Below are positions 63,041 to 64,000 of a DNA stretch of 64,000 nucleotides, piece by piece (within the stretch, counting starts at the first letter, position 1; each line of letters opens with the position of its first letter). The translations under genes were made by a program, and so were the position numbers. Under the pieces are notes generated by a model. That model did no database searches and was not told where the DNA came from. It was given only the letters and a program-made list of their open reading frames with translations. Origin of the DNA: Nageia nagi (taxonomy: Eukaryota > Plantae > Pinophyta); contig JBITNC010000001.1 of the NCBI GenBank assembly GCA_050084985.1, forward strand, positions 160,952,001-161,016,000. Reading direction: 5' to 3'.

Positions 63041-63640
63041 TCCAAGTAGGCCAGTTGGTGATGAAAGGCATCACTGATCACCCTGCTCCATCGTATAGCT
63101 CTCCCTAAGCTGAGCATAGCAATGAAACCGGTGAACTCCTTCCTATACTTAGTATCATTCTCCTAGCATGTGACCCTTAACAGTAAAGTAATCAACTTAG
63201 ACATTGTGGCAAGGAACTCTTCGCTACGAGCACTAACCAACGTCTTGCCTTGGAGTCCTTAGTAGCCATCATAGAGCCAACATCTAATATAATCTCCAAG
63301 TCTAGCGATACTATCATGAAATTCTTCTTACTAGGATATTGCATATTCATCTTCATATCTTTTCCAGCCAAAAGCAGCTTCAATCCCTATTGAAATAAAA
63401 TCCATGATCATGTTCCCTTTTGTGTCTAAGAGAACTCTCTTATCTAATTTACAACGTTTGGCCACTTCGTAACATAAGTCAAGAAAAGGAACAACAAAAG
63501 GGATCATAGTAGCATTAAACAAACCATAGGAGTGGATGATTTCATCAAGCAAATCTTCTTCACTAATACTAACAATGGATACAATAGTTTGGATAGGATC
63601 AATGTTTCCCCAATCTATATCTCCGACGAAAGAGAATCTC
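63041..63640 (-). pseudogene. Degenerate ORF of probable retroelement origin (accessory ORF), function unknown
   Basis: DIDWGNID...PFLDLCYEVAKRCKLDKRVLLD...IEAAFGW looks protein-like and lies in TE context; family not identified. Confidence 0.35.
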
Positions 63641-63748
63641 TCTCTCTCTCCCTCTCCCTCCCCCTCCCCCTTCCCCTCCCTCCCTCCCTCCCTTCGTCCT
63701 CCCCTCCCGCCTTCCCTCCCTTCCTCCCTCCCTCCCTCTCTCTCTCTC
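63637..63748. repeat. Polypyrimidine (CT/CCCT) microsatellite
   Basis: About 110 bp of nearly pure C/T. Confidence 0.95.
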
Positions 63749-64000
63749 AAGCTCTTGTTTTTTGCCAAAAATCCAAAAACATGCTTAGTGTTGGAAATAC
63801 CTCATCCACTTGGGCGCACCACATTTTGGTACGTGCTTTTTCACTACATGAAATACATGCGTCCAAGCACAAAATATACCAAATTTCACCGAAATTATCA
63901 AAATGACCCTCGAAAATGATGTGCAATGAAGGGAAATGCCTTTTAAGATATGATGGGTGCGATTTTGGCATGAAAAATCCAATTTTAGACATGAAAATGT

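Noticed and set aside
63532-63919. Pro/Ser-rich or Gly/Arg/Glu-rich ORFs
   Set aside because: They are produced by a CT-rich microsatellite that lacks stop codons.

Overview
Eukaryotic plant genomic DNA, most likely from a gymnosperm (conifer). That assignment is inferred from the giant TE-filled introns and the retroelement types. The whole 64 kb lies inside one minus-strand host gene, RRP6-like 3 (DEDDy 3'-5' exonuclease + HRDC + EXD2-like Cys/His domain). Seven internal exons (about 1.43 kb coding) splice in frame with GT-AG junctions. The introns are >=8.1 kb, 4.8 kb, 5.4 kb, 88 bp, 23.7 kb, 79 bp, 117 bp and >=20.2 kb, and both ends of the gene lie outside the window. The introns are packed with nested, degenerate TEs: one near-complete chromodomain Ty3/gypsy element, up to four gag-protease-only (TR-GAG-like) derivatives, a Tat/Ogre-like element carrying an antisense plant mobile domain, several solo LTRs (one nested in its own family), non-L1 LINE fragments, hAT elements/MITEs, and an unusual tRNA-headed, ORF1-only L1-like retroposon. 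All calls come from reading the sequence by eye; no database searches were run.
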